From: Pocillopora damicornis
Lineage: Eukaryota
Reading direction: 5' to 3'
DNA: 64,000 nt
NCBI RefSeq assembly: GCF_003704095.1
Contig: NW_020844645.1
Span: forward strand, 124,001 to 188,000
Below the pieces are notes generated by a model that made no database searches, was not told the DNA's origin, and worked only from the letters and a program-made list of their open reading frames with translations. Positions 53,373-64,000 of the stretch are shown here, piece by piece (positions within the stretch are counted from its first letter, which is position 1; each line of letters begins with the position of its first letter). The translations under genes were made by a program, and so were the position numbers.

Positions 53373-56300
53373 TGCTAGATATTACACATAAAATGATTCA
53401 AAGGGGAAGGAACTTCAAAGTTACAGTTCACTTTGAAATTTCCTCTATGGTTTAGCGACCCTCTGAAATGAAAAATGTCCCATCAAAACTAACTCAGAAG
53501 GACAAATTGACCCAAAGTAGTCAAATCCTAGCTCAAACCCTGCTTATAGAAATGGACACACTCTGATTGGTATGCCATATCTTTTTATAATAATTCCGCA
53601 CAAGTTAACTATCATAATGAATTCAAAATGGCCACTGCATAGCTCTTTTGATGTTTATGAGGATAAAAGTAACAGAACTTTCATTGTTTGACATTGGACA
53701 ATGAATCTCCTCAAGTTCAGTTAATCTTTACAGATAATTTATTGTATAATATTCACTCCACCCTAGGTGAATAATTAGTGTCATATAGAAGTTCCTCAGA
53801 GCAGGACGTACAATGAAAAATACTATGTAAATTGAGTGGAATTTCTGACTGGCCTAAAGTGTATTACGAGCTTACGTGCAGATAATTTATATTCCTTTTG
53901 CTTTGTTTTGTTACAAAAGGAACATTTAAACTGCTTTGTAAATTAGTTCTCATATCCTGAAGATTGGTTTCAGGGATTTCAATAATTTCAATGGACATAT
54001 TTAAAGATGGTTCATTTAACAGAGCCAGAAAATATAACAGGAATTTGATTGTTTTTCTTGCAAAATCATTGAAAATAGTTGAACAGCAGATTTTATATCT
54101 TAAATGCCTTTTAATGTTGAACTCATAATGAACAAGACTTAGCCAAGGCACTAAATCATTATGTAGCATTTGGATGTATCAGTTAGAGAAGAAACTATGT
54201 GCAAGGGTAATAGTAGTTTATTATAGTGAAATTGCTGCACAACTATGGACTTCTTTGTTACCATGTTGTATCTTGCTAAAATAATAAAAGATATTTTCCA
54301 TTCAGTGCCAACTCAAAGCTATTAATAATAACTTTTATATTTAGCTACATTTGTTTACTGTATCAAAACATTGGTCCAATCAAAGATGGCTTGATTGGAC
54401 AAGAAAGAAGTTTTCTTTTAATTTTTCTTTTCACTTGGCAAAATTTACAGCAGGATATTGTGAAAAGATGGAACCATCAATTGTAGAGGACCTTCATGAA
54501 CTTGTTTTCACCAGCATAAAGCAAAAGATTTCACTCACAGGATAACAAATATATTCCATCCACCGCTCCATGTTCTTTTGAACTGCACACTCAACTGCAT
54601 TTATTTGATTTGAGAAATTTCCATATTAAGATCTGAAAGGTTCAGAAGAAACTCTTGAGGGGTCTGGAATAAACAAGTTGAAATTGTTAAAGATGAGTGT
54701 ATCTTCAACAAGATAGAGATTTTTAAAAGCCTTCAGTTAGACCTTAAGTGATGATAGACTGGCACAGAGAAGTCATAAATATTTATGAGAGGTTATAGTG
54801 AACATTCATAAGGTCTCCTATATTGGTAGCTGTGTTCATCCCGGAAGACATCATTTTATTCTGACATCATTTCAGCTTCAGCTGTCTTGTTTTTGGCAGC
54901 AGTTAGAGGTTGTAAATGGCTAAATTGTTTGTATTTTCCAATTGGTGTTCCTTTGATTGTTGCAAGAGGTTCTCCAGCCCTATTTTGTATTAAATATGAA
55001 CACAATTTGATCCATGCAGTCTATTACTGATGATTGATCAAACTCTTTTTATTTAACTCAGGTATGAGAATAATTAACCAGTAATTAATGCACCATGCAG
55101 TCAAATAATAGATAAACTATGTTATTCTAGGAACAGGAAAATAATTAAAACTGTATTGTTTAAAATTTGAATAATGCATCAAAGGCAGTCATCCTTGAAG
55201 TGTTTGTCTTGAAATACTCTCTCCAATTGTATTTAGTAGTACTTGGTCACAGTTTTGATAAATAAGTGAGCACGTAATATGATTATTACTGTTTTCCCAT
55301 ATAGGTGGGTCAGGCCAACCAGAATATGCCCTTGTTTTTCTACATAATCGATTTTACTAAGTTTTGTGGAACAATTGCACTGTTAGTGAGCAATACGGCC
55401 ATATTTGACCATCATGAGCTGCTAATGTTCCATTTCATCATTCGACATTTAAATGTTCTAAAATACGGTCTAAGATTTTTTTTATTTGCTTTCTCTTTGT
55501 TTCGTTTTTGTTGTCCTTTTTGTTTTATTTGTTGGTTTTTTTTTCTGATCATTTTCTCAACTTTTTTCCTCTCTTTTGTCTTTTCATTTCAAAGAAAGAT
55601 CAAGGAAACTGTCTGATGCAAGGGAAAATGAACATCACCGTGGTTACGATAGGAAATGACGCGAGTTTTCAGGACCAATCACAGCGCGACGTAAAGTGAA
55701 TGCACTTTTGGAAACTGTTTTGCAATTAAATAAAATTTTCTCCTTATTCCTGGATCGGAATCATAAAACTGGAGGTTCACTCGAGTGATCGAGCGTCTCT
55801 ACTAAGTCCTGGCACTTTTCAAAGTTTCCCTCTCATTTCTTTTTCAGTCTTGTTTTTTCTTACTTCCAATTTACTACCGCCTTAGCAATCACAGAGGGAA
55901 GTGTGGATTAGTGTTAGGGTTACGGTCAGCATTCACGCACTGAACAGGCAATTCCAGCGGAGCAAAGTTCTTATTCAGTATTTCATATATCGTAAACAGC
56001 AGCAATTTGATGAGAGCGAATCTGTCAAACTCACTGATTTATTTATGAAGTACAATTTTTCACAGATGGATACCAAAATGTAAACATAGGTAGGTATTTT
56101 ACCGGATTTCTGGAGTTTTGCATGTACTAATTGCTATGCATGTATGTGGTGGCAATACACCTTCCCGCGCTTCGACATTAAATTAAGATGTTAACTCTGG
56201 TATTGGAAACGCGATCTTTTCCAAAGCTAGTAGCTGCACATAATCATTAAGTTCCCATGTGCGTCCAAAGATCATCTCTAATTAATCCATGTTTCTACAG

Positions 56301-57126
56301 TAACACTAAAACTATTTCAATTGTGACGTCGAGGAAGGTATGACTTCCTTCGTTGCGGGTCAGTGATTAAGCTAATGCTTAGGTTTCATATTTACAAAAA
56401 TATTTCTAGCTGCCTTTGTCTAAGCAGGGCAACAAGAGTACGGCATGGCTGATTCGAATACTGTCGGTTTCCTGCTCTTCTGTACTTTAGTTTGTACATT
56501 TTTCAAAACGCCGGAGGTACAAGCACAAAACTCAAGCATGTGTAAGTAAAATGAAGTAATTTTTAAAGCGAAACAGCGAGAGACAACACAACTCCACACA
56601 TTTACGTAGTTAAACCTTTCTAGTTTTAAACGACGTTTTGACAATTTTCGAACCCCTGTTAAGCGAAATGAGACACAAATTTGTAAAAGCTGCCTAATGC
56701 TAAGGCTTCAGTCTGGTTTTATGAAGGAAAAATTGTTTCAGATAAAGTTGTATAACGTGCCGAACGCAATATTTCACTGATTTCCGGGTGGTAAAAAATA
56801 GCAGTTGTCACGGATACGCGCACATTTCAGCGCTTCTGTTCTTCAATTTTGATGTGCTCTACTTGCTTGATAATTTGCATCATATTTATAAGACGTGTCT
56901 AAATGACTTAAAGAGATTATTCCGAGCTAATTATGAGCAAGACTTCCATGTAAATGTGAGATATTTGAGCAGACAAACCACTTATCATGTTGATTGGAAA
57001 CAAACACTCGAACGAAGAATGTTTAAAGCAAGTATAGTATGGCCTCTCGAGAGTGTGACATTTTTTTTTTCCTTCATTGTTTTTCGATTCTCGTTGCCTT
57101 GTATTTTGATTTATTGCTAGACTGTT

Positions 57127-58276
57127 TAAAATAAAACAGTGGTGTCTAAAGTTATATTTCAAATCGTTCGACCATTTAATTGACTTGTTCTGAATAACTT
57201 GCTACCGCACAAAGACACAGCTTGATCACAGATAACCTTTCGTGTTCGAAAATGGGACTCAGTTTTGTATCTATTTTTCTCTGTTTTAGCTGCAATTTCC
57301 ACTCTAGACAGGAGCACACCTCAAAAGTCAGGTAAGTCTTTGTCTGAGCTAATTTTCATCAAGAAACGAGTTACAGGGTTTGATGCAGAGAACTAGGGTT
57401 TGAAGCCGTCACGGTATCCTGACCTCGCTGTTTCTTATCAATCATTAATCCGACCACGATCAATTTCAAGACCGTCCATTTCAAGGTTCATTTCAAGATT
57501 TGTTTGTATGTACAAGTTTCGCATTGATATATTCTTGCTATCTCTGGTTCGAATACAGAATTCATCTCCTAAAGCTCTAAGTACTAACCTAACACCAATG
57601 CACTTTATTCGGCTACATGAGTATAATCCAATTACGATTAAAATGAATACCAAAAGATTCACGAAGTCCACTTTTTTTTAACCAAGAACTGTAGCTTAAA
57701 ACAAAACAGTGGTAGATATGTCTAAAGTTATATTTCAAATCGTTCGACTATTTAATTGGCTTGTTCTGAATTTAACTTGCTACCGCACAAAGACACAGCT
57801 TGATCACGGATAACCTTTCGTGTTCGAAAATGGTACTCAGTTTCGTATCTATTTTTCTCTGTTTTAGCTGAAATTTCCACTCTAGACAAGAGCACACCTC
57901 AAAAGTCAGGTAAGTCTTTGTTTGAGCTAATTTTCATCAAGAAACGAGTTACAGGGTTTGATGCAGAGAACTAGGGTTTGAAGCCGTCACGGTATCCTGA
58001 CCTCGCTGTTTCTTATCAATCATCAATCCGACCACGATCAATTTCAAGATCGTCCATTTCAAGGTTCATTTCAAGATTTGTTTGTATGTACAAGTTTCGC
58101 ATTGATATTTTCTTGCTATCTCTGGTTCGAATACAAAATTCATCACCTAAAACTCTAAGTACTAACCTAACAGCAATGCACTTTATTCGGCTGCATGAGT
58201 ATAATCCAATTACGATTAAAATGAATACCAAAAGATTCACGAAGTCCACTTTTTTTTAACCAAGAACCGTAGCTTA
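57127..58276 (+). repeat. Tandem duplication, 2 x ~578 bp
   Basis: 57127-57697 and 57698-58276 are near-identical with scattered substitutions; duplicated ORFs 57400/57978 are offset by 578. Confidence 0.95.
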
Positions 58277-61200
58277 CAGTTTAAGGCAGAGTCGGTTGTG
58301 TTGTTAGACTGTAAACACGTATCTTTCCGAAGTAACGTCCTCTTGTTTTCGGACAAGCAGTATGTGAAACAGATGGAAAATTTGGGCACCAGGTCGTCAC
58401 CTTGGTATTGCAGAATTTCAAGAATCTACTGTTTGCTCCCACACACATATCTTGTGGCAAAACCTCACTGTAGCGTTTAAAAAAAATTCTATGATAAAAA
58501 GAGTAACCACAGGTGAACTTGTCAAAAATTGGATAAAAAAATTTCAGTTACCAAAATCGGGCACAAAAGAAAGCATCTAACTTACCTATGGCAAGACAAT
58601 AATTATTGTACCTTGAAGTGGTTCAAATTTAGTGATTTAAATGTTCCAGCTCTTAAGCTCTCCCTTCTACACATTATAAGAGGGTTGAGCCCCGGCGGCT
58701 AAGGCCACGCACGGGCTCAACCCTGAATGGGGCGCAGATGAGTGTGTCCAGTGATTGGACTATGCTTTAGGAAGGACTGATCTCTGTTTCGAGAAATGGG
58801 TAAAATTTGGCAGAAGGGAATAATTTCACCATGATCGGTAGAATTTCGTGGAAACACGAGCGAGGTTCTTTTATTGCTATTGTCGCTTTGAGTGGTTTTA
58901 CATATATACCACAGCCCCTCGACCAGCACCCTTGCACTGATAACAGAAGAATTAGAGCAATTTAAGTCAAGGAGATGAACAATCCAACTAAATTAAAAGG
59001 ATGTAAAGATAACCGTGTTAAAAATTGGCTGTTGATCGGTTCAAAGAATTTACTTAAATGTGATTACGATATTAGCCAGGTACCAAGAGATAATAAACTA
59101 TGTACGGATATCGAGCTGCCCAGATTATCGCCAATTGATTTTAACAGAGGATCTCCAAATCTGACTATAGTTTATTTTAGTTATGAACATTTATAAAATA
59201 GGCTGAATCATACACTTGTTTTGATTGGTTCTTGCCTATAAGCTATTGAACAAACGCATCGATGACTTCACCATCAACGACATTTTGCTTCTGCATTTAT
59301 TATATAAAACAAATAGACTTCGTGTTGCCGTGGGTCTGATGTGGTGAGAACATCTGACACACTCGTCTGAGCCTTATGTGCTACTTCCGTTTTCCTACCG
59401 GCCACATGTTGACGTCATCAGTGATTTATCACTGAACAGAAGCGCGGCAACATGAAATCCATTTGATGAACATACTAATTATTGGCGAAATAGTGGAATA
59501 TTTGATTACATGCTTGTGGATTATCGGTACTATAGATTTGCTGAAGCCGGAAATCTATTTACTGATTACTTCTAGGACAGAATTTTCAAAGCCTCCAAGT
59601 CTTATTGTATGGAACATCAAGAAAGCCTACCTGAGCATTGAATTACCGGGTGCCCTTAGCAAATCAGTTTTAGACTGAATTACTGAACACCTACAAAAAC
59701 CAGCCGAACCGTTCTAGAACCCTGATAATCTAACCATTAATTCTCCCAACTCACGACTCTTCATTACCTTGTTTACAATTATTACTAGTTTAATGATGTA
59801 TTAATTAACAGTTAATAGTTTAATGATGTATAAAGAAAGTGATTTTATTGCCTTGATTATAAATCTTTCAATCCTTAACTTTGCTGGAAAGGGAAATGAC
59901 GTTAACGTTCTACTCGATTGGGATTCGTGAGTGAGGCGTGATTTGCCTCCTGAAATGTACGTGGCCCGGCCGCAAATATTCTTTTTCATTTCATGAAAGT
60001 CTCAAGGTTTCCCAGAAACCTCGCACACAAAAANNNNNNNNNNNNNNNNNNNNNNNNNNNNNNNNNNNNNNNNNNNNNNNNNNNNNNNNNCCCCCCCCCC
60101 TCCGCCCCGTCTCTTTGCTACCCGCTTATTGGTCATTCTTCAAAATCGGAATGAAAGCCGACAATGAAAAAAACCGCTGCTCAATCCCTGGAGGGGCACA
60201 CGGTGAACTATGAGCTGAAATTCATACTTGATGCAGTTAAGAGACCTCGATGTAAGCTTAGTCCAAGTACTCTGGGTGTGAAATTCACATAGGTGATAAG
60301 AGCATAGTAACGCAAACACGATAAAATTAAGTAAACTGCCGACTAGTGCCGACTGCCTTGATTAATTCAAGACTTCTTTCCAGTTTCTCCCTTCTTAGCT
60401 GTTACGGTAAGCAGTACGCATGGCTTTACGCAAATTGTATCAAATATCTCGTCGAGCCAGTTCCCCTCACCACAGGTCTCCTCATCAAGATATCTGGTGA
60501 CACCATCTTCCATATTTGGAGCTTCTTCAAATGAAAGCATTTCCACCTCACAAAGCAGTTCATCATCGAGTTTCATAATAGTTCAGCAAAAATCCTCAAG
60601 AGCCGCGAAAAATCATAGCACAGCGACGAGTCCTGTCGCAAATCATAGTACAATAATAAGTTCCACGAAGATAAAAAGCACAGCCATCAGTACAAAAACT
60701 AAGCAAAGCTCGATCATGACCTCATCTCAGGTGACCAATGAGAAAACTATAACCATTACTCCTTCCAAGTCTCAACCAACGAGCAGCTCTGTGAGCGCAA
60801 CAGTGATTACACCTACAACAAGTACCCCAACCAAAGGTTAGTTTTTAGATTAAGCAGGTTTTGCGCAAAGGCGTGGCCGAGAGGTTCAGGCTGATCGGTG
60901 ATGGATTTGAAATCTGTACGTGACAATCAGTATCAACAACTGGGCATAGACTCCTCGGTGTAAAGTACTTTACGACTAAAATCAACATCTGGGCACAGAC
61001 TCCTAGATGTAAGATATTTTACTATAAATATCAACATCTGGGTACAGACTCCTCGGTGAAAGATATTTTACGATAAATATCAACATCTGGGCACAGACTA
61101 CTCGGTGTAAGATATTTTACGATAAATATCAACATCTGGGCACAGAATCCTCGATGTAAGACATTTTACGATAAATATCAACATCTGAGCACAAACTCCT

Positions 61201-62269
61201 CGATGTAAGATATTTTACGATAAATATCAACATCTGAGCACAAACTCCTCGATGTAAGATATTTTACGATAAATATCAACATCTGGGCACAAACTCCTCG
61301 ATGTAAGATGTTTTATGATAAATATCAACATCTGGGTACAGACTCCTCGATGTAAGATATTTTACGATAAATATCAACATCTGGGTACAGACTCCTCGGT
61401 GTAAGATATTTTGCGATAAATATCAACATCTGGGCACAAACTCCTCGATGTAAGATGTTTTACGATAAATATCAACATCTGGGTACAGACTCCTCGGTAT
61501 AAGATATTTTACGATAAATATCAACATCTGGGCACAGACTCCTCGATGTAAGATATTTTACGATAAATATCCACATCCGGGCACAGACTCCTAGTTGTGA
61601 GGTATTTTATTATTAATATCAACATTTAGGCATAGACCCTTAGATGTTGGGTACTGTACGACTAATACCACAGCTGGGCGCAGACTCTGATATAAGCTAT
61701 TTTACGATCAATATCAACATTTGGGCCCTTTCCCCCTCTTTGTCAGTCAGTTCATTGGATTTGATAAGTGAAAATTTATGCGCTCATGAGGAGATAAAAA
61801 AAATAATCATACCTCCTCGATAGAGGACGAAGCAGTCGGCGAAATGTGAAAAAATCGTGAACTGTAGTTACATGCTTTGCCAGCCGGGTTATCTGAATGG
61901 ATTGGTATGCTAAAGTGATGAACGGTGAAGCCCTTCGAAGCCTTTCTACTGAAGATAAGTTTATCTTTTCGTAGTCTTGAAGCTTCCCTGCTCATCGCTT
62001 AGCGCACAAAAAAATGCTAGTTACACAGGCTTATGCTGTACACAGACCTCAAAATTGTCTCTTTTCAATTTGTTTTCGTGTCGCACCTACTCAGCTGTTT
62101 TTATTCTTGTTTTTTCTCAGGATTTGCACTGTCTGTTCAAACACAATACATCTTGACGGCATGTCTTGTTGTGTTCTTCTTCGTATTAATTGCCACAGTC
62201 GCTCTGGTTATTCAAATTGCTTTACTTCACAAGTCCTTGAAAAAATTAAAGGCTAAAAGTCACCGTTAG
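57232..62269 (+). CDS. Putative single-pass (type I) Ser/Thr-rich mucin-like membrane protein, spliced; 5' end uncertain
   Basis: Signal-like exon 57232-57331 (ITFRVRKWDSVLYLFFSVLAAISTLDRSTPQKS, phase 1, GTAAGT; duplicate ends 57909). S/T-rich exon 60399-60836 (TAG acceptor, phase 1-1, NIS/NES/NHS/NHS sequons). TM exon 62121-62269 (YILTACLVVFFFVLIATVALVIQIALL-HKSLKKLKAK). Phases are compatible. No in-frame ATG was seen. Confidence 0.65.
60034..60090. other. Assembly gap (57 N)
   Basis: N run between short A and C homopolymers. Confidence 1.
60931..61726 (+). repeat. 49-bp minisatellite, ~16 copies
   Basis: Unit aatatcaacatctgggcacagactcctcgatgtaagatattttacgata; period 49 (61081, 61130, 61179); homogeneous centre and degenerate edges. 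Confidence 0.95.
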
Positions 62270-63139
62270 AAGCCAGGATCCTTACAACGAAGGCAAATAT
62301 TTCCTCTCAGTTTTTTCTATCAAATACGAATAGGTTGTTAAAAACAGTTTTATGTAATGACGTATAGGGTGAGCCGCTCGCTTAGGAACTGTAATTATTG
62401 ATAGGAGGGTAGGTTTGAAAAGGGTTACCAACTTAAACGCAGGGAAAAAGAAGGAGCACAGAAATAATACAAGAATATTCCTTAAGGAAGCTTTCAGTAA
62501 ACCTGAAGTATGTGAGGTGAAGGGGAATCAGCCAAAATTTACCTCTCACCTCTGATTCCCCCTGTTTTCTCGTTTTCTCCCCCCGTTTAGAGATCAATGC
62601 CCTGTTGTTTATTCCGCAAGGGTTGGAAGCCCTGATATTTTCTCTTTATATTCTTCGAGTCTCAGTTAAAGAAATGATTTTGTAAAAGCTGTTATTACAA
62701 TCATTCTTTTGATTTAAGGAACATAAATGTTCTACTCTAACTGAATTAGTAAAAATTTTTATGACTCCTGAACGCCTTAATTAAAAACCCTTTGCCTTCT
62801 CAGATTGGGTGGGCTCCTCCCTTGTAGCTTCCATGACAGCTCAAAGTAGATTTTTGTAATGAAAACAATTAAGTGCTTTATTAGCATTAAACCCTCTATT
62901 CTCATTATCTGCTTGTTGGATGATGTATTGAGTTAATAACAGCTTACAATTTAACAGGGTTGAAAATGTTTTCTCTCCTTTTACATGTGGACACGTTGCA
63001 TTCAGAGACATTAGCAAAGAGATTTTTGTACCCTCTTTTGGCTGTATCTGTCTATACGTTTCTATTCTTATTAAGTTTTGTCTACCAGACGCGGGCATTT
63101 TCTTCCTTCACTGACGCTGGTTCTTAGTCTTATAAAATC

Positions 63140-63280
63140 TAGACTACGTGCAGTCCCTCTGCGCGCCTCACTTCCTCGTTCTACGCGGCGCGCTTACATT
63201 AATTTTTTTCACTGATTTTTATTTTATTTTTTGACTGGTGTGTGTGACTTCGTCAAAAAGGAGGGACTGCACGTAGTCTA
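63140..63280. mobile_element. MITE with 20-bp perfect TIRs
   Basis: tagactacgtgcagtccctc ... gagggactgcacgtagtcta, flanked on both sides by tataaaa. Confidence 0.85.
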
Positions 63281-63467
63281 TATAAAAATTGCAGTCACGA
63301 GCTTTAGACTCATATTTTATTTAAGTATTATATTCAACTTGGTTTATTTTTAGCTAGTTGACTGATTACTACAGGGCTTTGTAATATCTGGAAAGGCAAA
63401 ATAAAATGTAGTAATTATTAAAGATTCCTTTTTTGTCGCGTAATATCTTGAGTAAAAAAAGCTAACT

Positions 63468-63642
63468 CCTTTGACGAAAGGCTAACCCTCGAAACGAAGC
63501 TTTAGACACTCTCTGCATACCGTGGCCAATGAACATCATCAACTCAAACGAAATTATCTTACAACCCCTTCCCCCCCTCCCACCACTTCACCACCTACTA
63601 AACACAGCAGCAGAGTTTCTTTAGAAATTTTCCCTCATTACT
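63468..63642 (+). mobile_element. Decayed Penelope-derived hammerhead-type short repeat
   Basis: tTGACGA-aaggctaaccctc-GAAACg head and cagcagcagagtttctttagaaa tail; reverse complement of the 47196-47235 tail. Confidence 0.6.
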
Positions 63643-64000
63643 CCTCTGAGTTTGGAACTTTGTGGTTTATTGCACTACCACGTTTATTTGGTTATGCCTG
63701 TCTCTTAAAGCTTTTTTAACTTTTCAGAATAACACGCTTTAAAAATGTATTACTTTTATCATTTTCTACCATCATTTATATTATATCTCTCATTTTCTTT
63801 CTAATAATCTCTCTAGAGTTGTGGTATTTTCAGGGATGAGAGGTTACGGAAAACCTAGGAGAATCTAAAAAAGAGTGAAGAGATCTTGATTAGACATTTT
63901 CCTCACGCGTCTAATCCATGCAGCGTCCATCAGCAGCAGCAGTCCTTGTTCTGCTCATGGCTGAACGTTTCTGGAGCTTGCGTAGTCAAAGTTTCGTGGT

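Noticed and set aside
54351-54930. Purine-rich, coding-looking stretch downstream of C1GALT1
   Set aside because: Multiple stops and no recognisable domain
57400-58259. Duplicated 93-aa and 77-aa ORF pairs suggesting a toxin-antitoxin-like or small-protein tandem
   Set aside because: A by-product of the 578-bp duplication; they lie 3' of a splice donor (intronic), have non-ATG starts and no known motif
60931-61726. Possible CRISPR array
   Set aside because: Contiguous 49-bp units with no unique spacers, no cas genes, eukaryotic intronic context: a minisatellite
62804-63870. Possible extra 3' exons of the mucin-like gene (after CAG at 62803 and 63833)
   Set aside because: Acceptors are plausible but donors are weak and the peptides uninformative; not supportable without RNA data

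Overview
AT-rich eukaryotic genomic DNA from an animal. The MITE, SINE and Penelope repeat families resemble those of stony corals; this taxonomy is my inference. The window is dominated by a complete MROH1 (HEATR7A) gene on the minus strand (CDS 49462->15954, 42 coding exons assembled by hand, about 1652 aa, one GC-AG intron). Its two largest introns each hold an internally deleted BEL/Pao LTR retrotransposon with both LTRs and a target-site duplication (TSD). One contains a nested Penelope fragment; the other is itself inserted in a MITE. Upstream of MROH1 on the plus strand lie a frameshifted F-box pseudogene (head-to-head), a tRNA-Asp(GTC), an intronless C1GALT1-like gene and a spliced Ser/Thr-rich single-pass mucin-like gene. 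That last gene has a tandemly duplicated signal-peptide-like exon and a 49-bp intronic minisatellite. Downstream of MROH1 are a candidate small spliced gene, possibly a Cys-rich peptide, lying tail-to-tail with it, and a decayed piggyBac. Several Penelope-type minimal hammerhead ribozyme motifs occur, including a ~190-bp palindrome with a 15-bp TSD. I found no supportable gene in 1-11 kb. No prokaryotic system or CRISPR array is present.
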